Below, in pieces: positions 20,088-29,356 of a stretch of 64,000 nucleotides of DNA (within the stretch, counting starts at the first letter, position 1; each line of letters begins with the position of its first letter). The notes under the pieces were generated by a model, which worked only from the letters and a program-made list of their open reading frames with translations, was not told the DNA's origin and ran no database searches. The DNA is taken from the sequence record NC_042136.1; one strand, given 5' to 3'. Position numbers and translations under genes: made by a program.

Positions 20088-20584
20088 TAAAAAGTGTGTT
20101 ATCACTATCGTAGTGTTATAGTTTAAATAACATTACGTGATAGAGATGAAAAACTTAGATAGCACATATAGTCCGGCTAGGCACGAAAGTCCTAGACCGT
20201 TTTCTCTTGAATTGCTGGGACGTCCATAAAAGTTTACAACCAAAGGGTGGCCTGAAAGGGCTCAAAAAACGACCTGAGGGTGTCGAAAGACAGAAATAAT
20301 AGTAAGCCTGCTCTATGCCAAACAATAACGCTACGGAGTGATGACAAGGGACAATCAGCAGCTACGCTTCCTAAGGGGATAACCTATGGAGCAAGTTCAA
20401 CGACTAGGGCCTTACCAGCCTGTACCTACTAGCAGAGTTTAGTGGGGAAGTGTGAGAATACCTAAGGGTTTAAGACCTATGGTAAAGATATAGTCTGTTC
20501 CCGGTTTAAGAGACCGGGCGGGTACCACCGTCGAGATGACGCACGCGTACCGGCTACCTAAGCGATTAGGTGGTGGACAATAAG
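20088..20584 (+). ncRNA. Group I self-splicing intron (IA-like, no ORF), 497 nt
   Basis: P AATTGCTGGGA (20210-20220), Q AATCAGCAGC (20353-20362), R GTTCAACGACTA (20395-20406), S AAGATATAGTCT (20485-20496). P3 TTCTC/GAGAA (20202/20454). The 5' exon ends in U with IGS GTTATC (20098-20103). Terminal G at 20584. Excision restores the frame. Confidence 0.93.
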
Positions 20585-20749
20585 CAACTTAACAGTAATG
20601 GTATTGAGGCAGAGGACTCAATCAAACAGGCTCTCAAACGTATGGGTGAACGCAGCTTCTATATTACCGGTTCTGGTGATTTCCTATACGAGCCGGTGGT
20701 GGAACCTCATGAATTCTTATTACGCGCTCTAACGAGTGGATTGGAGTAA
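20585..20749 (+). CDS. rpoC: Virion RNA polymerase beta' subunit, exon 2 (54 aa; not in ORF track)
   Basis: Translates QLNSNGIEAEDSIKQALKRMGERSFYITGSGDFLYEPVVEPHEFLLRALTSGLE*. The spliced junction DYDGD-QLN mirrors NADFDGD-QM. The stop lies 2 nt before the next ATG. Confidence 0.85.
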   Translation, partial: QLNSNGIEAEDSIKQALKRMGERSFYITGSGDFLYEPVVEPHEFLLRALTSGLE

Positions 20750-20751
20750 AC

Positions 20752-23700
20752 ATGCAATTTAAAGACGCCTTAGAGATCGATGCGATGTCGGTTGATGGCT
20801 TGGAAGCTTTGTATCCTTTGTTCTTCAAAGAGTACGTGCTTCGTCGTAAGAACGACCTCACTAATCCAAGATTCCATAACTTGAGTGATGTCGAATTACC
20901 TCGAGACGCAGCTTTCTTTTATTACCCTAAACATCAACAAGATTTAGGACCAAGCAACCAAGAACCAATGGTGGCTAACTACCCTGATGTTATTAACGTC
21001 GGGTTTGATAGTCAATACGAAGTGTTTGTGGGTAAGGCTCGTCCTGCTCCCATGGATGAGCGTAAACAGATACAACGCTACCGTAATGGTCATTTCAAAT
21101 ACAAATACGCTCGTAACTTAGCTCAGCCTTTGAACCGAGCGAAAGAGTTAGTGGTGATCAATAACGCTTTAGGACAACTAAAGTGGAATTACGTTCCTAA
21201 TCGTTTCTTAGCTTTCGATAAGAGTTATAACCAATTAGCGAACATCCTAGATATCATGAACAAATACACGACGGGTAACAACCGTCAGTTCTTCATGCGC
21301 ATCGAACTCCCTAACCAGATTCCTTTGCATCAGAAATTCGTGGAGTATTTCCGTCACTACGAAAAATTCTTCAGTCGCAATGAAGATGGTGAAATGGTTA
21401 TTACAGACCGTAATGACCAAGCGCTGCGTGATTTAAAACGCACTGGTGCTTTTTGGTTGTTTGACTGGTTTGCTTGGTTAAGCGGTAAATACGAGTATTC
21501 CTTATTTAACCGTTTGTCACCCGCTGCGTTAGAACGCTTAAATTTAGTCTTTACTAAAAACGGCAAAGCGGTTATACTTAAACCCGGGTTATTACGTAAC
21601 TGGTTGGATGAACTAAACAAAGTTACTGTAGTAAAAGGCGAAGAAACAGTCGACTACGAAACATCACAGCGAATTAACGCTGTTAAACGCACACTGACTA
21701 TTTTCATGAAGATGGTCACTTTTGTTGATCAGGAGGAAGTGGATGCTGGCGAAGTTGAAGAAGCTGGTGCAGATGAGAACGGGCGTACAGAGAAACGGGG
21801 TTCTACATCCTCAGAAAAAGAACACGGTGAGGCGGATGCCGACGTGGGTTCTGATGATGATTCTGATTTGTTCACTGATTTTCTCAATGGACTTGAAATG
21901 GACGCTGAGGGAGTGGATGGAGACTCCGGAGAAGAACCAAGCGGACGTGGTGCAGGATCAGATTCACGAGTTGATGAAGAAGAAACCATTGAAGCTTGGA
22001 CTGATGAAGTAGACGATACCGAATACCAAATTGAAGAAGCCGATATTCGTGCTGAACATCACCGTATGGTGGATGAAGATTTATCAGCGGGTGTCAAACG
22101 TGCTATTCAACGTAAAGCAAAAGATGGACAACTAACGAAATCTCAACAAGAGTTTTTCTTACGTCAATCCGAACGTTACAAAGAACTCGCTATGCCTAAC
22201 GGTCAAACGTTGGAAGAGTTCATTCGTTTAGACGAAGAGGCACTGCGTGATCTCCCGAGTGCAGTCGCTCCTAAGATGGTGGGTGTGGAAGATGAGTCTT
22301 ACTTAGAGTCCACAGTCAGTCATCTGAAAAACGGCTACGTAGAACACTTCATGATGAAGGATATGGTTCGTGCTATTCTTGCAGTACAACAAGCAGGGAT
22401 ATGTGTTACTAACTTCGACATGGATACGGTACATAACGTAGATGGCACTTACGATGTCTTTAAAGTGCAATTCCATCCAGTTGGTGGTAAAGCGGTAACT
22501 CGTAGTTTCCGCATAGCACGTGTGGGTAAAGACGGTACGTTCGTTATAGATGGGAAGAAACGCACTAAAGCACTTCAGCGTATCGATCACCCGATTCGTA
22601 AGCTGGATGATTACCGTGTAGGACTATCTTCTTACTACGGTCGTAAGTTAATTGTGAGTCGTTCTAAAGCGGTGGCTGACGATTACGGCGTTTGGTTATC
22701 TAAACAAATCCGCCGTCTGGGCCTTCGTGGTGACATCGACATCCATGTGGGTGGTGTTTACACTAACGATTATAAAGTCCCTCGTTTGTTCAGTTTGTTG
22801 TCTCGTCGTTTCACTACTATCAAAGTGAAAGATTTAGATTTGATGTTCGACATTAAAGCGATCATCGCTAAAGACGAAACATTAGAACCATTGTTTACTG
22901 CTGATCAAGCACCGATTGGTTTCCGTGGCAAAACACCGGTCATGCTCGATGCTTACGGTATGTTGACAGTAGGTAAAGAGTCCCTCGGGTCGTTGGAAGG
23001 TTACCTTGGTATCAACATCACTAAGGCTCCAGTCGAGTACGGTCAGATCAATATCAATGGCTACCGTTTCCCTATGGGTGTGGTGTTGTCTTATTACTTT
23101 GGTTTCGATGAGTTACTGAAGATCCTTAAGATCGAACCTAAAACGGTTCCGGGTGGTCAACGAGTGAAACTGGAGCAAGATGAGTTCGCTATTCGTTGTG
23201 CGGATGAAACCTTGATCTTTAACCGTCGTGATCCAATGTCTTCTTTGGTGTTCGGTGGTATGACGAAACTGAACAACTTGCACACCTTTAACCGTTTCGA
23301 TATGAACGATCCTGAAATTTGGGTGACCGCTATCGATAACCCTAAGGTGAAACCAACTCACTTCCGTGAGATGCATAACTTGCTCAACATGTTCATCGAT
23401 CCAATTACCCGTGATGAATTGAAACGTTTAGGTCACGCGACCAGTTTTGATTATTTGTTGATTGAAGCTACGGAAATGTTACGTACGGAGCAACACCGTC
23501 ACGAAGTAGAAATCGAAGAACAACGTTTCATTGGTTACGAAGCATTCGCTGGGACTATTTACCATCAGTTAGTGACTTCTGCTCGTCAACTGGAAGCCAA
23601 GGGGATGGATCCTCGTGCTACTTTCGATTTGAATCCGGAAGCCATCATGATGGAAGCTTGCATGAATGACACGTCAGTGGACATGGTGCAAGAAGTGAAT

Positions 23701-25104
23701 CCGATTCATGAAATCAAAGAGCAAGAAACCGTTACCTTCGGTGGTAATAATGGTCGTAGTGATGTAACCATGGTTCGTCGTACTCGTGGACAACTCCCTA
23801 CTTACAAAGGGGTAATCTCCGAAGCGGGTAAGGACTCGGGTAAAGTAGGTTACGTGACGTACACCACCAGTAACCCTAAGATCGCGGATTTCCGTGGTAA
23901 CATTGATAGTAGTCGAGATGTGGGTAAAGCTGGGTTAGGTTCCGTCACTATGAACTTGATGCCGGGAGCCAACAAAGATGATCCAAAAAGATCATTGTTC
24001 TCAAGTGTTCAACACTCACAGGGGACCAGTGCGGTTAACTACACACCTAACATCATGCGTAGTCCTTACGACATGGTTATCGCTCACCGTACTTCTGAGC
24101 TTTATTCTAAACCAGCTAAGAAAGCCGGTAAGGTAGTAGAAGTAACGAAAGACGGTATTCGCGTTGAATACGAAGATGGAACGAGTGATAGTTATCCTTT
24201 GGGCATTAAGTTGGGTGACGCTGCGGGTGAAGTCCACCGCCATAACCGCATTACCGATTTGTCGGTAGGTGATACTTTTGACGCTGGTGACATCCTAGGT
24301 TGGGATGAAGTGTATTTCCAACGTGATCTGGCTAACCCTAGACAAGTCGTTTGGAAGTGTGGTGTGATGACTCGTATAGCACTGATTGAAAACCAGTTCA
24401 CTTTCGAGGACTCCATCGAGATCTCTAAAGAGTTCGCTGAAGCAACTAAAACTTCTTACATCTTAGGTAATAAGTTTTATTGTAATTTCGACCAAGGGTT
24501 GAAAATGCACGTAGACATCGGCAGTGATGTAGACTACGAAACGATTTTATGTGACATCGAGGACGCGTCCTTGGTTGGTGTGGAAGAAGAGGAATCTGAT
24601 TTCATGTCTGGTTTGGATCGTTTGGGTACAAAACAAATCCGTAGTAATCACCACGGTAAAGTCGTTTCTATTGACGTTCGTTACAATGGTGATAAAGAGG
24701 ATATGTCTGAACCAGTCCGTAAGTTCGTGGAGAAGTTTGACCGTCTTCGTAAACGTCAATCTACCATCACTGGTGACGGTGTGGTGAATGGTAACGTTGC
24801 GGGGAGTCGTGGGATGCGAACGTCACTTGAACCCGGACAAGTTTCTATTGAAGTATTCGTAGAAGACTTTACTGAAACGACCACGGTGGATAAGTTCGTT
24901 ATCGGTAACCAGATGAAGGGTACCGTAGGCAACATCGCTCCTCGTCAATACTACACTAAAGATGGTCGTAAAGTGGACATTCTGTTCTCTTTCAAATCTT
25001 TGTTTAACCGAATGGTATTGAGTCTTCGTGACAAACTAGTCACCAACGAAGTCGTCATTCATACAACTCAATTAATGGTAGACGCCTACCGAGGAAACAA
25101 GTAA
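20752..25104 (+). CDS. rpoB: Virion RNA polymerase beta subunit, large part (phiKZ gp178-like)
   Basis: 1450 aa. beta motifs: EVNPIHEIKEQE-TFGGNNGRS, SEAGKDSGKVG, QFTFEDS, DKFVIGNQMKGTVG, DGRKVDILFS. Confidence 0.88.
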   Translation: MQFKDALEIDAMSVDGLEALYPLFFKEYVLRRKNDLTNPRFHNLSDVELPRDAAFFYYPKHQQDLGPSNQEPMVANYPDVINVGFDSQYEVFVGKARPAPMDERKQIQRYRNGHFKYKYARNLAQPLNRAKELVVINNALGQLKWNYVPNRFLAFDKSYNQLANILDIMNKYTTGNNRQFFMRIELPNQIPLHQKFVEYFRHYEKFFSRNEDGEMVITDRNDQALRDLKRTGAFWLFDWFAWLSGKYEYSLFNRLSPAALERLNLVFTKNGKAVILKPGLLRNWLDELNKVTVVKGEETVDYETSQRINAVKRTLTIFMKMVTFVDQEEVDAGEVEEAGADENGRTEKRGSTSSEKEHGEADADVGSDDDSDLFTDFLNGLEMDAEGVDGDSGEEPSGRGAGSDSRVDEEETIEAWTDEVDDTEYQIEEADIRAEHHRMVDEDLSAGVKRAIQRKAKDGQLTKSQQEFFLRQSERYKELAMPNGQTLEEFIRLDEEALRDLPSAVAPKMVGVEDESYLESTVSHLKNGYVEHFMMKDMVRAILAVQQAGICVTNFDMDTVHNVDGTYDVFKVQFHPVGGKAVTRSFRIARVGKDGTFVIDGKKRTKALQRIDHPIRKLDDYRVGLSSYYGRKLIVSRSKAVADDYGVWLSKQIRRLGLRGDIDIHVGGVYTNDYKVPRLFSLLSRRFTTIKVKDLDLMFDIKAIIAKDETLEPLFTADQAPIGFRGKTPVMLDAYGMLTVGKESLGSLEGYLGINITKAPVEYGQININGYRFPMGVVLSYYFGFDELLKILKIEPKTVPGGQRVKLEQDEFAIRCADETLIFNRRDPMSSLVFGGMTKLNNLHTFNRFDMNDPEIWVTAIDNPKVKPTHFREMHNLLNMFIDPITRDELKRLGHATSFDYLLIEATEMLRTEQHRHEVEIEEQRFIGYEAFAGTIYHQLVTSARQLEAKGMDPRATFDLNPEAIMMEACMNDTSVDMVQEVNPIHEIKEQETVTFGGNNGRSDVTMVRRTRGQLPTYKGVISEAGKDSGKVGYVTYTTSNPKIADFRGNIDSSRDVGKAGLGSVTMNLMPGANKDDPKRSLFSSVQHSQGTSAVNYTPNIMRSPYDMVIAHRTSELYSKPAKKAGKVVEVTKDGIRVEYEDGTSDSYPLGIKLGDAAGEVHRHNRITDLSVGDTFDAGDILGWDEVYFQRDLANPRQVVWKCGVMTRIALIENQFTFEDSIEISKEFAEATKTSYILGNKFYCNFDQGLKMHVDIGSDVDYETILCDIEDASLVGVEEEESDFMSGLDRLGTKQIRSNHHGKVVSIDVRYNGDKEDMSEPVRKFVEKFDRLRKRQSTITGDGVVNGNVAGSRGMRTSLEPGQVSIEVFVEDFTETTTVDKFVIGNQMKGTVGNIAPRQYYTKDGRKVDILFSFKSLFNRMVLSLRDKLVTNEVVIHTTQLMVDAYRGNK

Positions 25105-25959
25105 ATGTCATTCACGTTAATTTCAGCAGTTAAACGTATTCAGTTAGGTGCACTCATCGCTGGTACGTACAACTCTAAGATTGACGGCATTTGGGGTAAG
25201 GGTAGCCGTTCGGCTACCCTTGGTCTTTTTAATGTCGTTGCAACTAAAAAAGAAATCGTTGATATCCCGGCTTGGTCTAAAGCTGAAGACATCATTAAGG
25301 GTTTCCAAACTAACTGTCGTGCTACCGGCTTTTATATCGGTGCGGTCGATGGGATCTGGGGTAAAGGTAGTCAACGTGCACTGGATAACTTGGTGCTCGC
25401 CAACCGCCGTTTCGCGGAACAACCTGATTTGGACCTAGCATGGTCTGCTTTGGTTCCTAGCGAGTTTACTGCGGTAGTTAAGGCTTGGGTCGAAGAACGT
25501 GGTTATGAACCATGTGTGGCGGATTACGTGATGTCTATCATGGCATTTGAATCCGGTCGAACTTTTGATCCCGCTATTCAAAACCAAGGTGGTAGTAGCG
25601 CGTTCGGCCTTATCCAGTTTATGGCTCCTGCGGCTAAAGACTTGGGTTACACGTTAGACCAGATTCGTAAGATGGGTCAAATCGAACAACTAGAAAAATG
25701 TGTGTTGCCTTATTTCGACATGCGTGCTCGTCGTAAACCGATGCGTAATCTCGAGGACTTCTATTTAAGTGTACTGTACCCGGCTTACGTTGGTAAGGGA
25801 CTTGATGAAGTGTTGTTCGTGGAAGGTAGCGTTGGTTATCGTCAAAACCGTGGCTTGGATAAAAACAAGGACGGCAATATTGTAGTGGGTGAGATCGCTG
25901 AAACTATCTACCAAATGTATTACGAAGGCATGAAGCCTAAGAACCGGAGTATGCTCTAA
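25105..25959 (+). CDS. Modular endolysin (two PG-binding-like repeats plus an SLT/lysozyme-like domain)
   Basis: Repeated DGIWGKGS motifs. Catalytic-type MAFESG followed by AFGLIQFM. Confidence 0.8.
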   Translation: MSFTLISAVKRIQLGALIAGTYNSKIDGIWGKGSRSATLGLFNVVATKKEIVDIPAWSKAEDIIKGFQTNCRATGFYIGAVDGIWGKGSQRALDNLVLANRRFAEQPDLDLAWSALVPSEFTAVVKAWVEERGYEPCVADYVMSIMAFESGRTFDPAIQNQGGSSAFGLIQFMAPAAKDLGYTLDQIRKMGQIEQLEKCVLPYFDMRARRKPMRNLEDFYLSVLYPAYVGKGLDEVLFVEGSVGYRQNRGLDKNKDGNIVVGEIAETIYQMYYEGMKPKNRSML

Positions 25960-26124
25960 ATGAATAAACCTGAACAGTACGTTAAAGATGTGGTGACTAT
26001 CGCCAACATCCAAGAAATCACTCGTGGTGTACTGACGAGTGTGGGTCTGGAAGTTCTCCCTCCTGTAGAAGACTCTAAGTTGAACGAAATTGTTTCTAAG
26101 GTCGTTACGGAGGAACTACAATGA
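25960..26124 (+). CDS. Small hypothetical protein, 54 aa (not in ORF track)
   Basis: MNKPEQYVKDVVTIANIQEITRGVLTSVGLEVLPPVEDSKLNEIVSKVVTEELQ*. Abuts the endolysin stop and overlaps the next start (ATGA). Confidence 0.65.
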   Translation: MNKPEQYVKDVVTIANIQEITRGVLTSVGLEVLPPVEDSKLNEIVSKVVTEELQ

Positions 26125-27608
26125 TCCAGAAAAATTCTATCCTAGTCGCATCTCCTATTGCGCTAGCCATGCAACACCGTGATGCCAGTGTTTACGAACG
26201 CACACCAGACTTTATCCAAGCTTTGGTTAACGTTTCTACTGGTACCGCTCCGTTGACCCCTGATAACTTAGTAAGTGAAGTTCCTGCGGCTACAGAAGCA
26301 GGCAGTGATCACGGTTTGATGCAACAACAAGCTATTGAACACATCGCTAACGGTGTTCGTAATGCTTTCCAACAAATCCGTCAGTACATCCGTCCTCTGG
26401 ACTCAGCAATCACTGAAGGTGTGCAAGATTTTTATTCTCCAACCAGTGCAATTACTGCGGTTCATAATAACTTCTACATTTCTTACGTAGAGTTAGAAAA
26501 CCCGTTCTTTGTTTCTCCATTGTTCCCAGAAACTGTCCCATCTAAAGTTTGGGATTACCAAAACTTCGAAGTTCGTCATTTGACTGAGCACGCTAACAAA
26601 TTCCCTCGTATGGAGTTGAACCAGATCGAAGACTTGTTACATACTACGAGTGAAGAGTTATCTCACTTCTTAGACGTTGAAGTTGCTCAATCGGCTTACA
26701 ACTACTACGTGGCTGCTGGTGAATGGGCAGGGTTGTTCCCTGCTAAAGAGAAACACTTGGTACTGGACCGTGATGCAGATCTTCCTACATTGATCCAGCT
26801 TTACATTGTACTGTCTCGTTTAGACGTGGAAGAAACAGTACTGGAAGGTGTTCAAGACATGACTTTGGACGCTTACCGTGCTTACATCAAAACCGCTCTG
26901 AACGTAGTGATTTACGCTTTACAACGTAACCGTCAATACTGCGGTGATTTGGCTAAACAAATCTTGCCGATCATCAAAGAAGAAATTGGCGCTACACGTG
27001 CTGAATACGGTACGGTGTCAGGTTCTATTCGTGTTGGTCTGACCGAGCGCGCTATTGAACTGGTAGAAGAAAACAATACTTCATTAAGTGAAGTCTTAAT
27101 CGGTTACGCGGTTGCTCGTGCAAGTAACAAAGACGCAAACCACGTCCCACCACTAGACGCTATCCCTGAGTACTTGGAGAAATACAACGAGTACCTAAAC
27201 GGTGTTAAAGCGGAGATCATCTCTAAAGCAGTGAAACACGTAACTCGTGTTGCGGAAACTAAGATCAATGAGTTTCAGAAACAACACGAAGAACTGGGTG
27301 ACATCATTGCTAAGTTTAATGACGATCTACCTTACCGTCGTTTAAGCACAGCAGTTGCTAACGAAATCTCGACGTGGGCGCATCGTTACCGTGACCAAGT
27401 GATTAATGGTGATAAAGAAGATAAAGTCTTTTTATCTCATCCTACCATCGCTATCGCGGTTGCTAAGAAACTAGGCATGACATTCGCTGCTGAAATCCTA
27501 AGTCGTTCAGTAGTGACCAGTGACATGACCTTGGAACAACGTCGTGATAAACTGGCGGAAGCAGTAGGTGAATGTGTCGCTGGACTGTGCTTAGGTAAAA
27601 ACCTGTAA
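26121..27608 (+). CDS. Conserved jumbo-phage protein (phiKZ gp177 position)
   Basis: 495-aa helical ORF with GGAGG SD; gene order gp178-177-176-175. Confidence 0.55.
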   Translation: MIQKNSILVASPIALAMQHRDASVYERTPDFIQALVNVSTGTAPLTPDNLVSEVPAATEAGSDHGLMQQQAIEHIANGVRNAFQQIRQYIRPLDSAITEGVQDFYSPTSAITAVHNNFYISYVELENPFFVSPLFPETVPSKVWDYQNFEVRHLTEHANKFPRMELNQIEDLLHTTSEELSHFLDVEVAQSAYNYYVAAGEWAGLFPAKEKHLVLDRDADLPTLIQLYIVLSRLDVEETVLEGVQDMTLDAYRAYIKTALNVVIYALQRNRQYCGDLAKQILPIIKEEIGATRAEYGTVSGSIRVGLTERAIELVEENNTSLSEVLIGYAVARASNKDANHVPPLDAIPEYLEKYNEYLNGVKAEIISKAVKHVTRVAETKINEFQKQHEELGDIIAKFNDDLPYRRLSTAVANEISTWAHRYRDQVINGDKEDKVFLSHPTIAIAVAKKLGMTFAAEILSRSVVTSDMTLEQRRDKLAEAVGECVAGLCLGKNL

Positions 27609-27623
27609 TAAGGGGAGCCTAAC

Positions 27624-28358
27624 ATGGAACCAAGTAAACTGACACGTAATCAGTTGTTGTACCGTAAAGCCTTGCGTAAGTTGGAAGATGGTTCCGTAAT
27701 TGCTACCCGATCTTTGGTCGGGTACATTCCGGTTCGTTTCATCGAGAACTCCATGGCGACTGCGAGTGAAACAGTAACAACTGTAGGTGTAATTGGTTTT
27801 GTCGATCCTAAAGCCGATCAGTTCTTTAGTACTTACATCCAAACCAACTTCACTTTATGTCCTAGTAACATGGGTGAAGAAAACGTGAATGGTGAACGTT
27901 ATTTGACCATGGACTTCGAAGAAGGCGATATCGTCTTTAAGAGTCTGAGTAGCATTCAAGACGCGAACCTTAACTTTACGTTTTACCGAGAGTTTTGTTG
28001 GCTTAACAAACTCCCTTGGTACACGGACTACACTAAAGTGCGTACGACTTTCGACCGATCTAAGTTAATCACCAACCGTGGTGTGGGAAGTTCTCCAACG
28101 GTTTATCGTGTGTTGACGTCTTTAACGGAACGTGATCCCGATGACCCGAGTAAGCCTTATCGTTATTCTAAAGCGATGGGGGAAGGACGACCTCCTTTGA
28201 CAGTCGGGCTTAACAACGGCAGCTTATTGATTGACGGCACCTTCAACCGCCTAATCGGTGGTTACGACCAAGACAACTTGATTATGGCTGTCTTGGAACA
28301 AGACGATAAAGTAACAACAGAAGAATTAATAATTAAAGGTGGCTTCGGCAATGAGTAA
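27624..28358 (+). CDS. Conserved virion protein, putative fifth vRNAP subunit (phiKZ gp176 position)
   Basis: 244 aa, immediately upstream of the prohead protease. The assignment rests mainly on gene order. Confidence 0.5.
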   Translation: MEPSKLTRNQLLYRKALRKLEDGSVIATRSLVGYIPVRFIENSMATASETVTTVGVIGFVDPKADQFFSTYIQTNFTLCPSNMGEENVNGERYLTMDFEEGDIVFKSLSSIQDANLNFTFYREFCWLNKLPWYTDYTKVRTTFDRSKLITNRGVGSSPTVYRVLTSLTERDPDDPSKPYRYSKAMGEGRPPLTVGLNNGSLLIDGTFNRLIGGYDQDNLIMAVLEQDDKVTTEELIIKGGFGNE

Positions 28359-29247
28359 ACTTACTTACGGTAACATCGAACTAGCGATGTCCGAGAACAA
28401 AGGAATTATTACCCCTAACAGCGATGGCTATTACCGTATTGCGGGTGGTGGTTTTAATATCGCAAACCGCATGGGTATCACGTACCGCATGAACCAATAC
28501 TTGCTAGAGTGTTTGGAAGAAGGTGATCGTGTAGGGTCTGGTAGCGACTTACGTCGTCGATTAGATCGTGGTGAAGTGTACATGGAGATGAATCATCCGG
28601 TGCAGTGGTTCTACGAGAAAATAGACGGTAAAGTTGTCCGTACTCAGATCACGGACGTACTGACTTGGATTAACCGTCTGAAGACCATTGATATGGATCG
28701 TATTTGTGGCGCTATCAGTGAGATCTACCCGGACATGTCCAAGTTTGATCGCCGCACCATGAATGGTCCAGTGTTCTTTGATATAGACGCTAAGCCGTTT
28801 GGACCGTTCGGTCATTACTTCAAAGAAAACCTAGATTCACCGAAAATGGGTACAGCGGTATCTATCCGTACCGTTACCGCCCCTCAACAATTCGGTGACA
28901 CCACTCGTCAAGTAGAATACTGGACTGGTTTGGATTGGGTTCCTGAACCGGGTTTCGCAGAAGCGACTAAGTACCGCACTGGTGTTAACCAAGTTGGTGG
29001 TATGGAATCACTGATGCTGGAAATGGGTTTTGAACGTGACCATTCCGAAGGCATGACGGTTGATGCTGGTAAATCCATCGAGTTGATGGAAGCTGCGTTA
29101 GGTGATAAGAATAAGATTCAAACCGTAGAAGGTATGGAGTCTTTCAATCAACTTAACGACATGGTGACTACACTGAAACGTAATCACCACATCGTAAATG
29201 GTAAGCGAGAAATTATTACCAACGTGAATCCTTTAGACTTGTTCTAG
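28339..29247 (+). CDS. Prohead (head maturation) serine protease, phiKZ gp175-like
   Basis: EMNHP (His), VSIRT (Ser) and DWVPEPG motifs of the T4 gp21/gp175 family. The start may be ATG 28351. Confidence 0.8.
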   Translation: MASAMSKLTYGNIELAMSENKGIITPNSDGYYRIAGGGFNIANRMGITYRMNQYLLECLEEGDRVGSGSDLRRRLDRGEVYMEMNHPVQWFYEKIDGKVVRTQITDVLTWINRLKTIDMDRICGAISEIYPDMSKFDRRTMNGPVFFDIDAKPFGPFGHYFKENLDSPKMGTAVSIRTVTAPQQFGDTTRQVEYWTGLDWVPEPGFAEATKYRTGVNQVGGMESLMLEMGFERDHSEGMTVDAGKSIELMEAALGDKNKIQTVEGMESFNQLNDMVTTLKRNHHIVNGKREIITNVNPLDLF

Positions 29248-29258
29248 TTCGTTAATTA

Positions 29259-29286
29259 AGTAGGCGGGCCACCGTCTACTTTTACC
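29259..29286 (+). terminator. Intrinsic terminator
   Basis: AGTAGGCGG-GCCA-CCGTCTACT followed by a T-run. Confidence 0.7.
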
Positions 29287-29356
29287 GCTTTAGTAAATTT
29301 TTACTCCACTGTTTTATTTATTAGCAAAAACCGAAAACCATCAAAAAGGTAATAAC

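Noticed and set aside
20088-20584. Homing endonuclease inside the intron, or a frameshift/assembly error explaining the early stop
   Set aside because: No sizeable ORF fits in 497 nt, and the full set of group I core elements explains the interruption.
20664-20861. Minus-strand 65-aa ORF over the intron exon-2 region
   Set aside because: It is antisense to vRNAP beta' exon 2 and the beta start; the plus-strand frame has the motif-restoring reading.
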